NCBI GenBank assembly: GCA_963814225.1
Contig: CAWFCC010000016.1
Coordinates: 18,144-82,143, forward strand
DNA length: 64,000 nt
Source: an uncultured Gammaproteobacteria bacterium
GTDB taxonomy: Bacteria > Pseudomonadota > Gammaproteobacteria > Xanthomonadales > Rhodanobacteraceae
Direction of reading: 5' to 3'
In this document: piece after piece, positions 53,685 to 64,000 of the stretch
Position numbering within the stretch: position 1 is the first letter of the stretch
Layout of the letters: every line of letters starts with the position of its first letter
The notes under the pieces: model-generated
The model's database searches: none
What the model was told of the DNA's origin: nothing
What the model saw: the letters and a program-made list of their open reading frames with translations, nothing else
Program-made: the position numbers and the translations under genes

Positions 53685-53840
53685 ACCTGACGCGGGTCGT
53701 ACGAGATTTGCGCGCACGCATTCGCTCGCGCTCGAATGGCCGCGTTCGGCGTATAAAACGTTGACTGCGTTTGATTTTCGGCTGATACAGGGGTGTAAGA
53801 TGCCGAACAGAGAAGCGGAGCGCGGCTCCGGGAGTAAAGC

Positions 53841-54968
53841 ATGAGTGCCGTAGATTTCACCTCCTTCCTCAAGCTGATGGTGCACAAGAAGGCGTCCGAC
53901 TTGTTCATCACGGCCGGCGTGCCGCCTTCCATCAAGGTGCACGGGCGCGTGGCGCCGATCACGCAGAATCCGCTGACGCCGCAGCAGTCGCGCGACATGG
54001 TGCTGAACGTGATGACGCCGTCGCAGCGCGAGGAATTCGAAAAGACGCACGAATGCCAGTTCGCCATCGGCGTGTCGGGCGTCGGCCGTTTCCGCGTGAG
54101 CTGTTTTTATCAGCGCAACAACGTCGGCATGGTGTTGCGCCGTATCGAAACGCGCATTCCGACCATCGAAGAACTGAATCTGCCGCCGATCATCAAGACA
54201 TTGGCGATGACCAAGCGCGGCATCATCATCTTCGTCGGCGCGACGGGTACCGGTAAGTCGACGTCGCTCGCGTCGATGGTCGGCTATCGCAACCAGAATT
54301 CGACGGGCCACATCATCACGATCGAAGATCCGATCGAATACGTGCACAAGCACGAGGGCTGCATCGTCACGCAGCGCGAAGTCGGCATCGATACGGATAG
54401 TTGGGAAAACGCGCTGAAGAACACGTTGCGCCAGGCGCCGGACGTGATCATGATCGGCGAAGTGCGTACGCGCGAAACGATGGAGCACGCGATCAACTTT
54501 TCCGAAACCGGTCACTTGTGTCTGTGCACGCTGCATGCGAACAACGCGAACCAGGCCATGGACCGCATCATTCACTTCTTCGCGGACGACCGTCGCGAAC
54601 AGTTGTTCATGGATTTGTCGCTGAACCTGAAAGGCGTGGTCGCGCAGCAGCTGATTCCGACGCCGGACGGCAAAGCGCGCCGCGTCGCGGTCGAAGTGAT
54701 GCTCGGCACGCCGCTGGTGCAGGATTACATCCGCAAGGGCGAAATCCACAAGCTGAAGGACGTGATGAAGGAATCCACGAACCTCGGCATGAAGACGTTC
54801 GATCAGAGTCTGTTCGAGCTGTATCAGGCCGGCGAGATTTCGTACGAAGATGCGCTGCGCCACGCCGATTCGACCAACGAAGTGCGCCTGAAGATCAAGC
54901 TCGCCCAGGGCGGCGATGCGCACACCCTGTCGCAAGGCATGGACGGCGTGGAGCTGGTGGAAACCTGA
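53841..54968 (+). CDS. pilU: Type IV pilus ATPase PilU
   Basis: ASDLFIT, GATGTGKST, TLHANNANQA; follows pilT. Confidence 0.96.
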   Translation: MSAVDFTSFLKLMVHKKASDLFITAGVPPSIKVHGRVAPITQNPLTPQQSRDMVLNVMTPSQREEFEKTHECQFAIGVSGVGRFRVSCFYQRNNVGMVLRRIETRIPTIEELNLPPIIKTLAMTKRGIIIFVGATGTGKSTSLASMVGYRNQNSTGHIITIEDPIEYVHKHEGCIVTQREVGIDTDSWENALKNTLRQAPDVIMIGEVRTRETMEHAINFSETGHLCLCTLHANNANQAMDRIIHFFADDRREQLFMDLSLNLKGVVAQQLIPTPDGKARRVAVEVMLGTPLVQDYIRKGEIHKLKDVMKESTNLGMKTFDQSLFELYQAGEISYEDALRHADSTNEVRLKIKLAQGGDAHTLSQGMDGVELVET

Positions 54969-54991
54969 TCGCGATGACGTCAACGCAAGCC

Positions 54992-55026
54992 CGACGCCCG
55001 GCCCGCGCGCCGGGCGTCGCATTTTT
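54992..55026 (+). terminator. Rho-independent terminator after pilU
   Basis: CGACGCCCGGC / GCCGGGCGTCG stem then ATTTTT. Confidence 0.75.
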
Positions 55027-55058
55027 GTACCGCACGAACGTCGATCGGGAGCGGCACG

Positions 55059-55794
55059 ATGTCGCGTGATATCGACCGGCTCGCGCGACACCTGGCGCGT
55101 GCTCGGCGAAGAGGATCCGCTCTGGGCGATCCTGTCGTCGCCGGACAAACGTGGCGGGCGCTGGGCGCTCGACGAATTTTTTGCGGCCGGCGAGAACGAG
55201 ATCGGCGCGATCGATGGCTATTGCACCGCGCTCGGCCGGCCGACATCACGCAAGCTGGCCGTCGATTTCGGATGTGGCGTAGGACGCCTGTCGCGTGCGT
55301 TGTCGACGCGATATGAGAACGTGATCGGCATCGACATCGCGTCGTCGATGATTGCTCGCGCGCGTGAACTGAATGCGGATCGTCGCAACATCCGCTTCGT
55401 CGAGAACGCCGAAGCGGATTTGCGTTTCATCGACGACGGCAGCGTCGATCTCGTCTATTCGGCGATCACGCTGCACCATATTCCGGCGGTTTTGCAGCGC
55501 GCGTACATCGCGGAATTCATGCGCGTGCTGTCGCCGGAAGGTGTGGCGGTTTTTCAGATCGCGAGCGGTTTCAGCAACGATCTGGTCGGCTGGGGATATC
55601 GGCTGTTGCCGAATCGCTGGCTGGCGCCATTGCGGCGCAAGGTCCACGCGATCGATGTCGCTGCGGAAATGCACACGCTCGACGAGCGTGACGTGGAAGT
55701 CCTCGCGCGTCACGCGGGACGCGGCATTCTTCTAGGATTGGATGTCGACAGCGCCGGCCGCGGTTTTCGCGGCCGGCTGCTGTTCGCGGGCTGA
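55059..55794 (+). CDS. Class I SAM-dependent methyltransferase (frameshift near 5' end)
   Basis: DPLWAIL, VDFGCGVGRL, GIDIA, DLVYS..TLHH. Confidence 0.88.
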
Positions 55795-55811
55795 TTCTAA
55801 GGAAAGCCCGA

Positions 55812-57511
55812 TCAGTTCTGTTCGACGGTCTCGTGGAACGAGATGCCGGTCGGTGTCGCGGTGAGCGTCATGTCGCCGTACTTGAACATCTGTTCGTACG
55901 CGGCGAACATTTTCTTCTGCGCGGCGAATTGCGCTTGTTTGTCGGCGGGCATCGCGGCGGCGGCCTTGTCCATCATGTCGCCCATCAGCTTGTAGAACTC
56001 GCCGGTGAAGTGGAAGCGCAGGAACACCGGATCTTTCGCCGGCGGCGCGGCGATGAAGGCGCCGAGCGTGGCGTCTTCACCGGCACCGCTGGACAGGCCG
56101 ATGCGTGTCGCTCGTCATTGCCACGGCGATCGGCTGCGTCGTCATCGGCACGGTGCCGGTCGGCAGCAGCACGGATTTGCCATCGGGCTGAACCTTGATC
56201 GTCGCCAGCTGCGGAACGGCCATCTGCGCCATCGCGATCACGGCGATCGGATTGTTCGTGCGCATGGCGAGTTTGGCGAACACGTCTGGAATGGTCGCGC
56301 CCGGTTTGAGGTCGACCTTGTCGAGCGCGAAGCGCACGCCGGTGAAATCGCTGAACGGCGGCGGCACGGTGACGTCGACTTGCGTTTTCGAGCTGGCGAA
56401 TCCCTGATTGAGCGAGGCCAGTTGCGGACACGTATAGGGCTTGGCAGCGACGGCATCGGCCTGCTTGATCCAGAAATCCTTGAGCTTGAGTACGGGCATC
56501 GACATCGACATGTCGAACACGCCTTCGCCCGGCGCACCCGTGCCCGGCGCGGCGTTGAGCGCCGCGGCGAGCGGCTGCGCGATGGAGCCGTCGATTTCCA
56601 TCTGCGCGCCGACGCGCACGCGTTGCACGCTGAGTTCTTCGACGCCGCCGACCAGGCGCGGAAACTTGTGCGCGATGTCGAGGTAGTCGGCGCGGCAGGC
56701 CGGATCCACGCCGGCGAACGGAATATCGAGCGCTTTGGCGAACTGCGCGTCGGTGCCGGCAGGCGGGCTGCTCAGACGTTCGGTCAGCTTCACGAAATCG
56801 ACGAATCCGATGCCGTAGTTCGAATAGCCGTATTGCTTGGCGATGTTCTGCAGTGCGCCCGCGCTGCCGAGATTCTGCGCGGGTTTGGTCAAGCCGAGGA
56901 TGGTCTGTTTGAGCGAGTCGTCGGCGTTGACCGGCAGGATCGACAAAACCAGCTGATTGCCTTCGATCGCAGCGACGGCCATTCCTTTCTGATCGCCGAG
57001 GAACCAGAAGTCCTGGTTGCCGACTTTCGCGGTCGGCACTTTCTCGCCGACCTTCGTTTCGATCTTCGCGATCTCGGCCCTGAGCGCGGCCGGATCGCCG
57101 AGCTCAGCGCGGATCACGGGCACGAGGCCCACGCCGTATAACGCGTAACGCGCGTCGGGTTTGAAGCCCATGCTGCGCATGCGGCCGATCGGATCGTCGG
57201 TGTTGAATTCGTCGATGAGCGCCTTGGCGATCTTGATGCCGCGCTCGGCGTTGGGATCGGTGGTTTTGTCCGCGGCCGCCTGGTCGAGCATGCCCTGATA
57301 CATCTGCATCATCGTCGGCCAGTACGATTTCATGCGCTGCGCCCATGCGTCGTAGACGGGTTGCGGCGTCGGTTCGAGGTTGGCCATCGCGTACGGCGTA
57401 TCGGCCGGGACGAAGGACAACGGCGCGTTGTCGTCGGTGGCGGCATTCTTGCTGCACGCGGCGACAGCTGGCGAGCAGAACGGGCAGGGCGAGACGGCGG
57501 ATCAGGCGCAT
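55812..57511 (-). CDS. Hypothetical exported protein, probably a lipoprotein (frameshifts)
   Basis: Signal-like N-terminus, then LSFVPADTPY; 447-aa open stretch plus C-terminal fragment. Confidence 0.65.
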
Positions 57512-57573
57512 ACGGGCAAATCCCTAATTGGCAACGGTGCGAAGTGTGTCGACTCGCTGCCATTATGCCCGAC

Positions 57574-58530
57574 TCAGGTGCCGCCGATGAGCTCCAAAAG
57601 GACCGCCATTCGGACAAAAACGCCGTTGGCGACTTGTTCGAGGATGAGCGAGCGCGGGCCGTCGGCGACTTCTGCCTGGATCTCGACGCCGCGGTTCATC
57701 GGGCCCGGATGCATGACCAGGCAATCGGGTCTGGCGCGTTTCAGCCGTTCGACGGAGAGGCCGAACCGTTCGAAGTAGGCGGCCTCCGAAGGAATCGACG
57801 CGGCTTCCATGCGTTCCTTTTGCAGGCGAAGCATGATGGCGACATCCGCGCCGGCGATGGCTTCGTCGAAATTGTGGAAAATGCGGCAATGTGGAAAATC
57901 GGCCGGCGTTCGGCGCGAGTTCCGGCGGCGAGCACAGGCGGATTTCCTTGACGCCGAGTGCGTTGAGCGCGTGCGCGTCCGAACGCGCGACGCGCGAATG
58001 GCGGATATCGCCGCAGATGACGACTGTCAACGCCGAGAAATCCGGACGATGACGGCGCAGCGTCAGCGCATCGAGCAAACCTTGCGTCGGATGCGCGTGA
58101 TTGCCGTCGCCGGCGTTGAGCACGCGCGCATCGCTGCGCAGGTTTTTGGCGATGAATTCCGGCGTGCCGGATTCCTTGTGGCGCACGACGAACGCATCGC
58201 AATGCATCGCTTCGATGGTGTGGACGGTGTCGAGCAGCGATTCGCCTTTGGTCGTCGACGAACTGGCGATGTCGAAGTTGATGACATTCGCGCCGAGCCG
58301 TTTCGCGGCGAGATCGAACGACGTGCGCGTGCGCGTCGACGGTTCGAAAAACAGGTTGATGACGGTGCGGCCGTGCAGGAGGTCGAGCGGATTCGCGCCG
58401 CCGTGCGTTTGCTCGCGCAGCGATTCGGCGCGATCGAGCAACGTCGTGATCTGGCGCGCCGACAATCCATCGAGCGTAAGCAGATGGCGCAGTTTTCCGT
58501 GCGCGCCGATTTCGAATGGTATTCGCTCAC
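57574..58530 (-). CDS. pyrB: Aspartate carbamoyltransferase catalytic subunit (frameshifts)
   Basis: [25 protein letters not shown]. Confidence 0.96.
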
Positions 58531-58992
58531 TGCGACGAGAGCCAGGTTTCGACGATCACCTCGGCGGCGATCGCATCGAGTTCGCTGGCGTTCTTGCGGC
58601 GCGTCAGTCCGCTCGCGCGGCGTGCGGCGAAGCGGTGCGAGGCTTCGACCGAACTCGAGCCGCTCGTCGACCATGTGCACCGGCAGTTTGTAACGTTCGC
58701 CCAAAGCCTCGGCGAAGGTGCGCGCGCCTTTGCTGTTGGCCTGTTCGGAACCGTCGAGCATCAGCGGCAATCCGACCAGCAACGCGTTCGGACGCCAGTC
58801 GCGCACGACCGATTCGACGCGCGGCCAGTCCACGCCGTTGTCGCCGTTGCCGACGACACTCAATGCGCGCGCGTCACGCGTGAATGTGTTGCCGACGGCG
58901 ACGCCGATGCGTCGCGCGCCGTAATCGAATCCGAGAACGGTGAGGGTGGGGCGTGATGTGGTGGAATCCGGCGTCGTGATCGCGTCACGCAT
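58527..58992 (-). CDS. ruvX: RuvX/YqgF nuclease (frameshift)
   Basis: LGFDYGARRIGVAVG, VGLP, VDERL. Confidence 0.93.
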
Positions 58993-59549
58993 GGCCGGCG
59001 TAATCCGTCAGGCTGCCGATATCCACGCCGACCATCGCGGCCGCGGCTTCCCAGCGGCTTTCCAGCGGCGTGTTGAACAGGATGCGCTCGTCGGAATCGA
59101 CGGTGAGCCACGCGTTCTCTTTGAGTTCGGTTTCGATCTGACCCTGGCTCCAGCCGGAATAGCCGAGCGTGACGATCGCGTTTTCCGGTCCGTTGCCGGC
59201 GGCCATGGCGACGAGCACGTCGCGCGAGGTCGTCACGCAGATGCGCTCGGAAATCTTGAACGAGGATTCCCAGCTTCCGGTCGGCGAATGCAGGACGAAG
59301 CCGCGTTCGGGCTGCACCGGACCGCCGATCAGACACGGGCGTGTCGCCGATCTGGCTGGTCTCGGCGGAAATATTCATCTGCGCGAGCACGTCGCCGAGG
59401 CGATATTCGGACAGGCGATTGATGAGCAATCCCATCGCGCCTTCTTCGCTGTGCTGGCACACGAAGGCGACGCTGCGACGAAACGTCGGATCGCGCAGGC
59501 TCGGCATCGCGATCAGGAGATGATTGGTCAGGCTGCTGATCGACTCCAT
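58985..59549 (-). CDS. YqgE/AlgH family protein (frameshift)
   Basis: LLIAMP..DPTF, GAMGL, GYSGW..GQIE.E...NAW. Confidence 0.93.
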
Positions 59550-59611
59550 GCCGTCATTCTACGTGATTGGGCATCGGCTCGCGACGCACCCGGATTAGCG
59601 TCTTGCCTGCT

Positions 59612-59720
59612 GTAGGGGCGCGATTCATCGCGCCCGTTGTGCCACGCGAGTGGGCGCATGAATCGCGCCCCTACGAAAGCGCATCACCGCACCGGATTCC
59701 TGCATCGCGCGGGAATGACG
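59612..59720. repeat. Inverted GTAG-type REP doublet plus one degenerate CGTC-type REP
   Basis: GTAGGGGCGCGATTCATCGCGCCC ... GGGCGCATGAATCGCGCCCCTAC; CCGGATTCCTGC..GCGGGAATGACG. Confidence 0.85.
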
Positions 59721-59739
59721 CGCGAAGAAGGAAACGCGT

Positions 59740-60624
59740 TCAGCGGTTGCGCAGGATGTCGCCGGGCAGGAATTGCCAGGTGCGCGTGACATAAAGTTCA
59801 TCGACGCCGTCCTCGGCCGGAATCGGCGGAAACGGCGCGGCCTGGTTGACGATGCGGATGGCCGAATCGTCGAGCAGTTTGTGGCCGCTCGATTCGATCA
59901 CGTCCAGGCTTTTGATGGTGCCGTCCTTGCGCAGCGCGACGGTGAGCACGAGTTCGCCGTGCATCTGTTCGCGGCGCGCTTCGTCGGGATAGTTGAGATT
60001 GCCGATGCGCTCCACGCGCGCGACCCACGCGGCCATGTACGCGGCGTAGGCATATTCCTTCGTGTTCGCGGAGATGTATTTTTTCTTCGGACGCTTGGCG
60101 TATTCCTGCGATTCTTTCTGGATTTCGGCGGCGAGTTTTGCCATCTCGAGTTTCTTTTCGAGAAGATCGCGCGTGGTCGGCTCGGGAATCGGCGGCTGCT
60201 CGGGTTTTTCCTTGTCGGTCTGCAGACTGAACGTCGATTTCTGCTGCGTGAGGATTTCGCGCTGCGTCGGCGGCTGCGGTTTCGGTGCGCTCGCCTGCAT
60301 CGGTTTCGGCGCGACGCCGGTATCGTTCTTCGCGATCGGACTCGACATCAGTTCGCTCGGCCGCAGCGACTTCTCGTGTTCGCCGCCGCCGCTGTTGTTG
60401 GCCTGCGCGAGGAAGTCGGCCTTGGTCGGTTTTTCGCCGGAGGCCGATTGCACGAGGATCACGTCGAGCGACGGCAGGCTCGGTTTCGGTTTCTCGTATT
60501 CGAAGGTGAGTCCGAGCGCGAGCACGCCGTGCGCGATCACGGAAAACAGGATGGTCACGCCGAGGCGGTCGCCGCTGCCGATCTTGCGCGGCATCGGTGC
60601 GGTTTGCGCAGCAGGCGTGCTCAC
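59740..60624 (-). CDS. tonB: TonB family energy transducer (TonB3-like position)
   Basis: N-terminal TM with His; ERIGNLNYPDEAR, SSGHKLLD, AAPFPP; next to gshB. Confidence 0.88.
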   Translation of the reverse strand: MSTPAAQTAPMPRKIGSGDRLGVTILFSVIAHGVLALGLTFEYEKPKPSLPSLDVILVQSASGEKPTKADFLAQANNSGGGEHEKSLRPSELMSSPIAKNDTGVAPKPMQASAPKPQPPTQREILTQQKSTFSLQTDKEKPEQPPIPEPTTRDLLEKKLEMAKLAAEIQKESQEYAKRPKKKYISANTKEYAYAAYMAAWVARVERIGNLNYPDEARREQMHGELVLTVALRKDGTIKSLDVIESSGHKLLDDSAIRIVNQAAPFPPIPAEDGVDELYVTRTWQFLPGDILRNR

Positions 60625-61595
60625 GTTGCGATTCTGTCGGGGATGCGTTTCTCGATCACATCGAACAGCATACCGGCGATGTTGAGGCCGAATTGTGCGT
60701 CGAGTTCACGGATGCAGGTCGGCGAGGTGACGTTAACTTCGGTGAGGTAATCGCCGATCACGTCGAGGCCGACGAACAGCATGCCGCGCTTGCGCAGTTC
60801 CGGTGCGACTTGCGCGGCGATCCAGCGTTCGCGGTCGCTGATCGGCAGGCCGACACCTTTGCCGCCGCGCGCGAGATTGCCGCGGAACTCGTCGCCCTGC
60901 GGCATGCGCGCGAGCACGTACGGCACCGGTTCGCCGTCGACGAGCAGGATGCGGCGGTCGCCGTCCTTGATCTCGGGCAGATATTTTTGCGCGACGGTGA
61001 ACGCGCGTCCGTTTTCGGTCAGCGTTTCCAGGATCACGTTCAGATTCGGATCGCCGCGATGGCTGCGGAAGATCGAGCGTCCGCCCATGCCGTCGAGCGG
61101 CTTGAGGATCACTTCGTCGTGTTCGTGCACGAACGCTTTGATGGTTTTCGCGTCGCGCGCGACGACGCTCGGCGGAATGCATTGCGGGAAATGCAGCGAA
61201 AAAAGTTTTTCGTTCGCATCGCGCAGCGCGCGCGGATCGTTCACGACGAGCGCGCCGCCCATCTGCGCCAGTTCGAGCACCATCGTGTCGTACACGAACT
61301 GCGCATCGACCGGCGGATCCTTGCGCGCGAGGATGACATCGACGGTGCGCAGATCGACCCATTTCGATTCGCCGTACTCGAACCAGCTATCCGCATCGTC
61401 AGTGACGCGAAGTGACACAGCGTGCGCGACAGGTGCCCCATCGCGTACAGCGAGGCTCGATTGCGTCAGGTAGAGAAGGGCGTGCCCGCGCCGCTGCGCT
61501 TCCAGCAACATGGCGAAAGTCGAGTCTTTTTCGATGTGGATGGACTCGATCGGGTCCATCAGCACGGCAACGGTCAGATTCATCGGATTTGGCAC
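60621..61595 (-). CDS. gshB: Glutathione synthetase
   Basis: MDP, KDST, RKDPP, NEKL, KPLDGMGG, EVNVTSPT. Confidence 0.97.
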   Translation of the reverse strand: MPNPMNLTVAVLMDPIESIHIEKDSTFAMLLEAQRRGHALLYLTQSSLAVRDGAPVAHAVSLRVTDDADSWFEYGESKWVDLRTVDVILARKDPPVDAQFVYDTMVLELAQMGGALVVNDPRALRDANEKLFSLHFPQCIPPSVVARDAKTIKAFVHEHDEVILKPLDGMGGRSIFRSHRGDPNLNVILETLTENGRAFTVAQKYLPEIKDGDRRILLVDGEPVPYVLARMPQGDEFRGNLARGGKGVGLPISDRERWIAAQVAPELRKRGMLFVGLDVIGDYLTEVNVTSPTCIRELDAQFGLNIAGMLFDVIEKRIPDRIAT

Positions 61596-61909
61596 GAGAC
61601 GTGCTGCGATTCTTCCGGATTTGTAGTGGGTTAGGGGCTGAAGTTCGGGTCTATACTACCATCGACGCGAGCGGCTTCCGGGTCGCCGCGCGGGTTCAAA
61701 AAGCGGTGCTGGCGAGGCGAACTTTTTCGAGCAATGGTGCGTGGTTAGCGGAATTACTTGACAGGTTTGCTAAGTATTGGTTAAACAGCACGGTCAGCCG
61801 CCGCAATTAGGGACGCGGCGTCATCAATTCAGACGAGATCGCGGGTGCGCCGGTGGTGCGTGCACGTCTCGACCGATAGTCAGCACTCCGAAGGTTTGGG
61901 GGTAGGTAC

Positions 61910-62308
61910 GTGGAACAGACAGCGAAAGATGGCAGCTTGGCCGGGCTCAAGGTCATGGTCATCGACGACTCCAAAACGATTCGGCGAACCGCCGAGACGC
62001 TTTTGAAGAAGGAAGGTTGCGACGTCATCACCGCGACCGACGGCTTCGAAGCGCTCGCCAAGATTTCCGATCAGCAGCCGAACATCATTTTCGTGGACAT
62101 CATGATGCCGCGTCTGGATGGTTATCAGACGTGCGCGCTGATCAAGAACAACCAGATGTTCAAGGCGACGCCGGTGATCATGCTGTCCTCGAAGGACGGC
62201 CTGTTCGACAAGGCGCGCGGACGCATCGTGGGTTCCGAACAGTATTTGACGAAGCCTTTCACGCGCGAAGAGCTGCTCGGAGCGATCCGTCGGCACGTCG
62301 CGAAGTAA
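61910..62308 (+). CDS. pilG: Twitching motility response regulator
   Basis: KVMVIDDSKTIRRTAETLL, DIMMPRLDGYQTC. Confidence 0.96.
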   Translation: MEQTAKDGSLAGLKVMVIDDSKTIRRTAETLLKKEGCDVITATDGFEALAKISDQQPNIIFVDIMMPRLDGYQTCALIKNNQMFKATPVIMLSSKDGLFDKARGRIVGSEQYLTKPFTREELLGAIRRHVAK

Positions 62309-62341
62309 CCGGGGCCATCCGGGGGTCAGGGGAAAAAACGA

Positions 62342-62704
62342 ATGGCGCACATTTTGATCATCGACGATTCGCCGACCGATGTACGCGTGTTCACCACGCT
62401 GCTGGAGAAAAACGGCCATCGTGTCAGCAGCGCGGCGAGTGCCGAAGCGGGCATCGCGCTGGCGAAGCGTGAGCGCCCGGATCTGGTGATCATGGACGTG
62501 ATCATGCCCGGCATGAACGGTTTCCAGGCGACGCGCACGCTGAGCCGCGAATCGGAAACCTCCGAGATTCCGATTCTCATCGTCACCACCAAATCGATGG
62601 AGACCGATCGCGTGTGGGGACTTCGCCAGGGCGCGAAGGACTTCATGGTCAAACCCGTGGCCGAGCAGGATCTGCTCGGACGCATCAGCAAACTTCTGAG
62701 CTGA
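62342..62704 (+). CDS. pilH: Twitching motility response regulator
   Basis: DDSPT, MPGMNGFQATR, TDRVWGLRQGA. Confidence 0.95.
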   Translation: MAHILIIDDSPTDVRVFTTLLEKNGHRVSSAASAEAGIALAKRERPDLVIMDVIMPGMNGFQATRTLSRESETSEIPILIVTTKSMETDRVWGLRQGAKDFMVKPVAEQDLLGRISKLLS

Positions 62705-62709
62705 CTCGC

Positions 62710-63264
62710 ATGTCCTCGGTCCTCGACCTGCAGCAACTCTCGCCCTTCGAGGCGCTCGCGACCTTCGAGAAGCGCAGCCTCGCGCATGCCGCGGGCCTGC
62801 CCGAGCAGATCGAGGCGCCGGGCCTGTGGCGCGGCATCGGTTTCCGCATCGGCGCGCGCTATCTCGTGTCGAGCATCAACGAAGTCAACGAAATCCTGAC
62901 CCAGCCGCCGCTGACCATCGTGCCCGGCACGCGCTCGTGGCTGCTCGGCGTGGCCAACGTGCGCGGCAATCTCGTGCCGGTGATCGATCTCAAACTGTAT
63001 CTGGAAGGCGAACGCGCCGTCTTGACCGATTCGAGCCGCGTGCTGCTGGTGCGCCAGCTCGGCGGCAGCGTCGGATTGCTGATCGACGAAGTGTTGGGCC
63101 AGCGCAATTTTTCTGAAGAACAACGTGCTGACGCCGTCGGCGAAGAAGACGAGCGCTACAGCCGGTACGTGGGCGAGAAATATCCGCTGGGCGACGTCAT
63201 CTGGGGCTTGTTTTCGATGGCGGCCCTGGTGCGAAGTCCGGATTTCGTCCAGGCGGCGGCGTGA
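62710..63264 (+). CDS. pilI: CheW-like protein
   Basis: WRGIGFR, VPGTRSWLLGVANVRG. Confidence 0.93.
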   Translation: MSSVLDLQQLSPFEALATFEKRSLAHAAGLPEQIEAPGLWRGIGFRIGARYLVSSINEVNEILTQPPLTIVPGTRSWLLGVANVRGNLVPVIDLKLYLEGERAVLTDSSRVLLVRQLGGSVGLLIDEVLGQRNFSEEQRADAVGEEDERYSRYVGEKYPLGDVIWGLFSMAALVRSPDFVQAAA

Positions 63265-63304
63265 AAGGCCGCACTCAAAGCAAAATGCATTCAAGGGGTG
63301 AGTT

Positions 63305-64000
63305 ATGAGCGTGACGACGGGTGTAGGCGGCAAGGAACGGACGGGCGCGAACACGCTGCTCGTCGTCCTGCTGATCATCGCGATACTTTTCGCGGTAGCG
63401 GACTTCGGATTCCTGACCTGGTACGCCGGACAGGACTCGAAGGCAGCAAGCCTGGTCACTAAGATTCAGGTGCTGTCGCAGCAGTTGTCGAAACAGGCCA
63501 ACGATGCGGCCGGCGGCAACATCGACGCGTTCAAGGGCCTCGAGCAGACGCGCAACACCATCGACGACCTTCTGACCAAGCTCAAGAAGGGCGACCCGCA
63601 GAACAACATGCAGGGCTACGCCGACTCCGGCGCCAGCGCGCAGATCAACGATCTCGACAACGCCTGGAAACCGCTCAACACCGACGCGACCAAGATTCTC
63701 TCCGCGAAGGAACAGGTGCTCGGCGCCGCCAGCACCGCGGCGGATTTCAACAGCAAGATGCCGCTGCTCAACTCGCGCATGGAAGAGGTCGTGAAGATTC
63801 TCGCCGAGCGCAACGGATCGGCCACGCAGGTGTCGATCTCCTCGCGCCAGATGCTGCTCGCCGACCGCATGCAGCGCCGCGTGCAATCGATCCTGCAGGG
63901 CGGTGAAGAAGCCCAATCGGCCGCCGACGGCCTGCAGCGCGACGCGACGTTCTACGGCGCGGTGCTGAACGGTCTGATCACCGGCAATGCGGATCTGAAC
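63305..64000 (+). CDS. pilJ: Methyl-accepting chemotaxis protein PilJ (runs off the window edge)
   Basis: MSVTTG...TM...QVLSQQLSK...RQMLLADRM; follows pilI. Confidence 0.9.
   Translation, partial: MSVTTGVGGKERTGANTLLVVLLIIAILFAVADFGFLTWYAGQDSKAASLVTKIQVLSQQLSKQANDAAGGNIDAFKGLEQTRNTIDDLLTKLKKGDPQNNMQGYADSGASAQINDLDNAWKPLNTDATKILSAKEQVLGAASTAADFNSKMPLLNSRMEEVVKILAERNGSATQVSISSRQMLLADRMQRRVQSILQGGEEAQSAADGLQRDATFYGAVLNGLITGNADLN

Noticed and set aside
52662-55148. Long antisense or alternate-frame ORFs (e.g. 828 aa opposite pilT/pilU, 18154..20166, 22497..23993)
   Set aside because: Shadow ORFs expected in high-GC coding DNA; no motifs apart from pieces of the real genes

Overview
High-GC chromosomal window whose gene order (mtgA-GT2-CBS; hemE-SPOR-WGR-aroB-aroK; proC-yggS-pilT-pilU; pyrB-ruvX-algH-tonB-gshB-pilGHIJ) is typical of Xanthomonadales, most likely Rhodanobacteraceae (inference from synteny). 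Many genes, including housekeeping ones, are split by small indels, which points to an unpolished long-read assembly rather than real pseudogenes; I give repaired gene spans. Accessory modules: (1) a Cys-rich TonB-dependent receptor followed by at least three TPR-sulfotransferases; (2) an ECF sigma factor with a single-pass anti-sigma-like protein whose C-terminal tail carries three D-x-I-F-N repeats; (3) two secreted beta-helix/choice-of-anchor-Q-like proteins, one ending in an IPTL-CTERM-like tail (exosortase H is also in the window) and one ending in DTIFCNGFELP, downstream of an ECF43-type sigma/Ser-Thr kinase pair; (4) two paralogous membrane GTPases bracketing yceI-cybB-yceI; (5) a phd/parE-type toxin-antitoxin pair between yggS and proC; (6) REP elements and a ~480-bp foldback element whose two flanking gene ends are depleted of C-ending codons. 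The best candidate for an undescribed system is the DxIF(x)xGF C-terminal signal and its apparent mimic in the anti-sigma tail. No rRNA, tRNA, CRISPR array or transposase was recognised.
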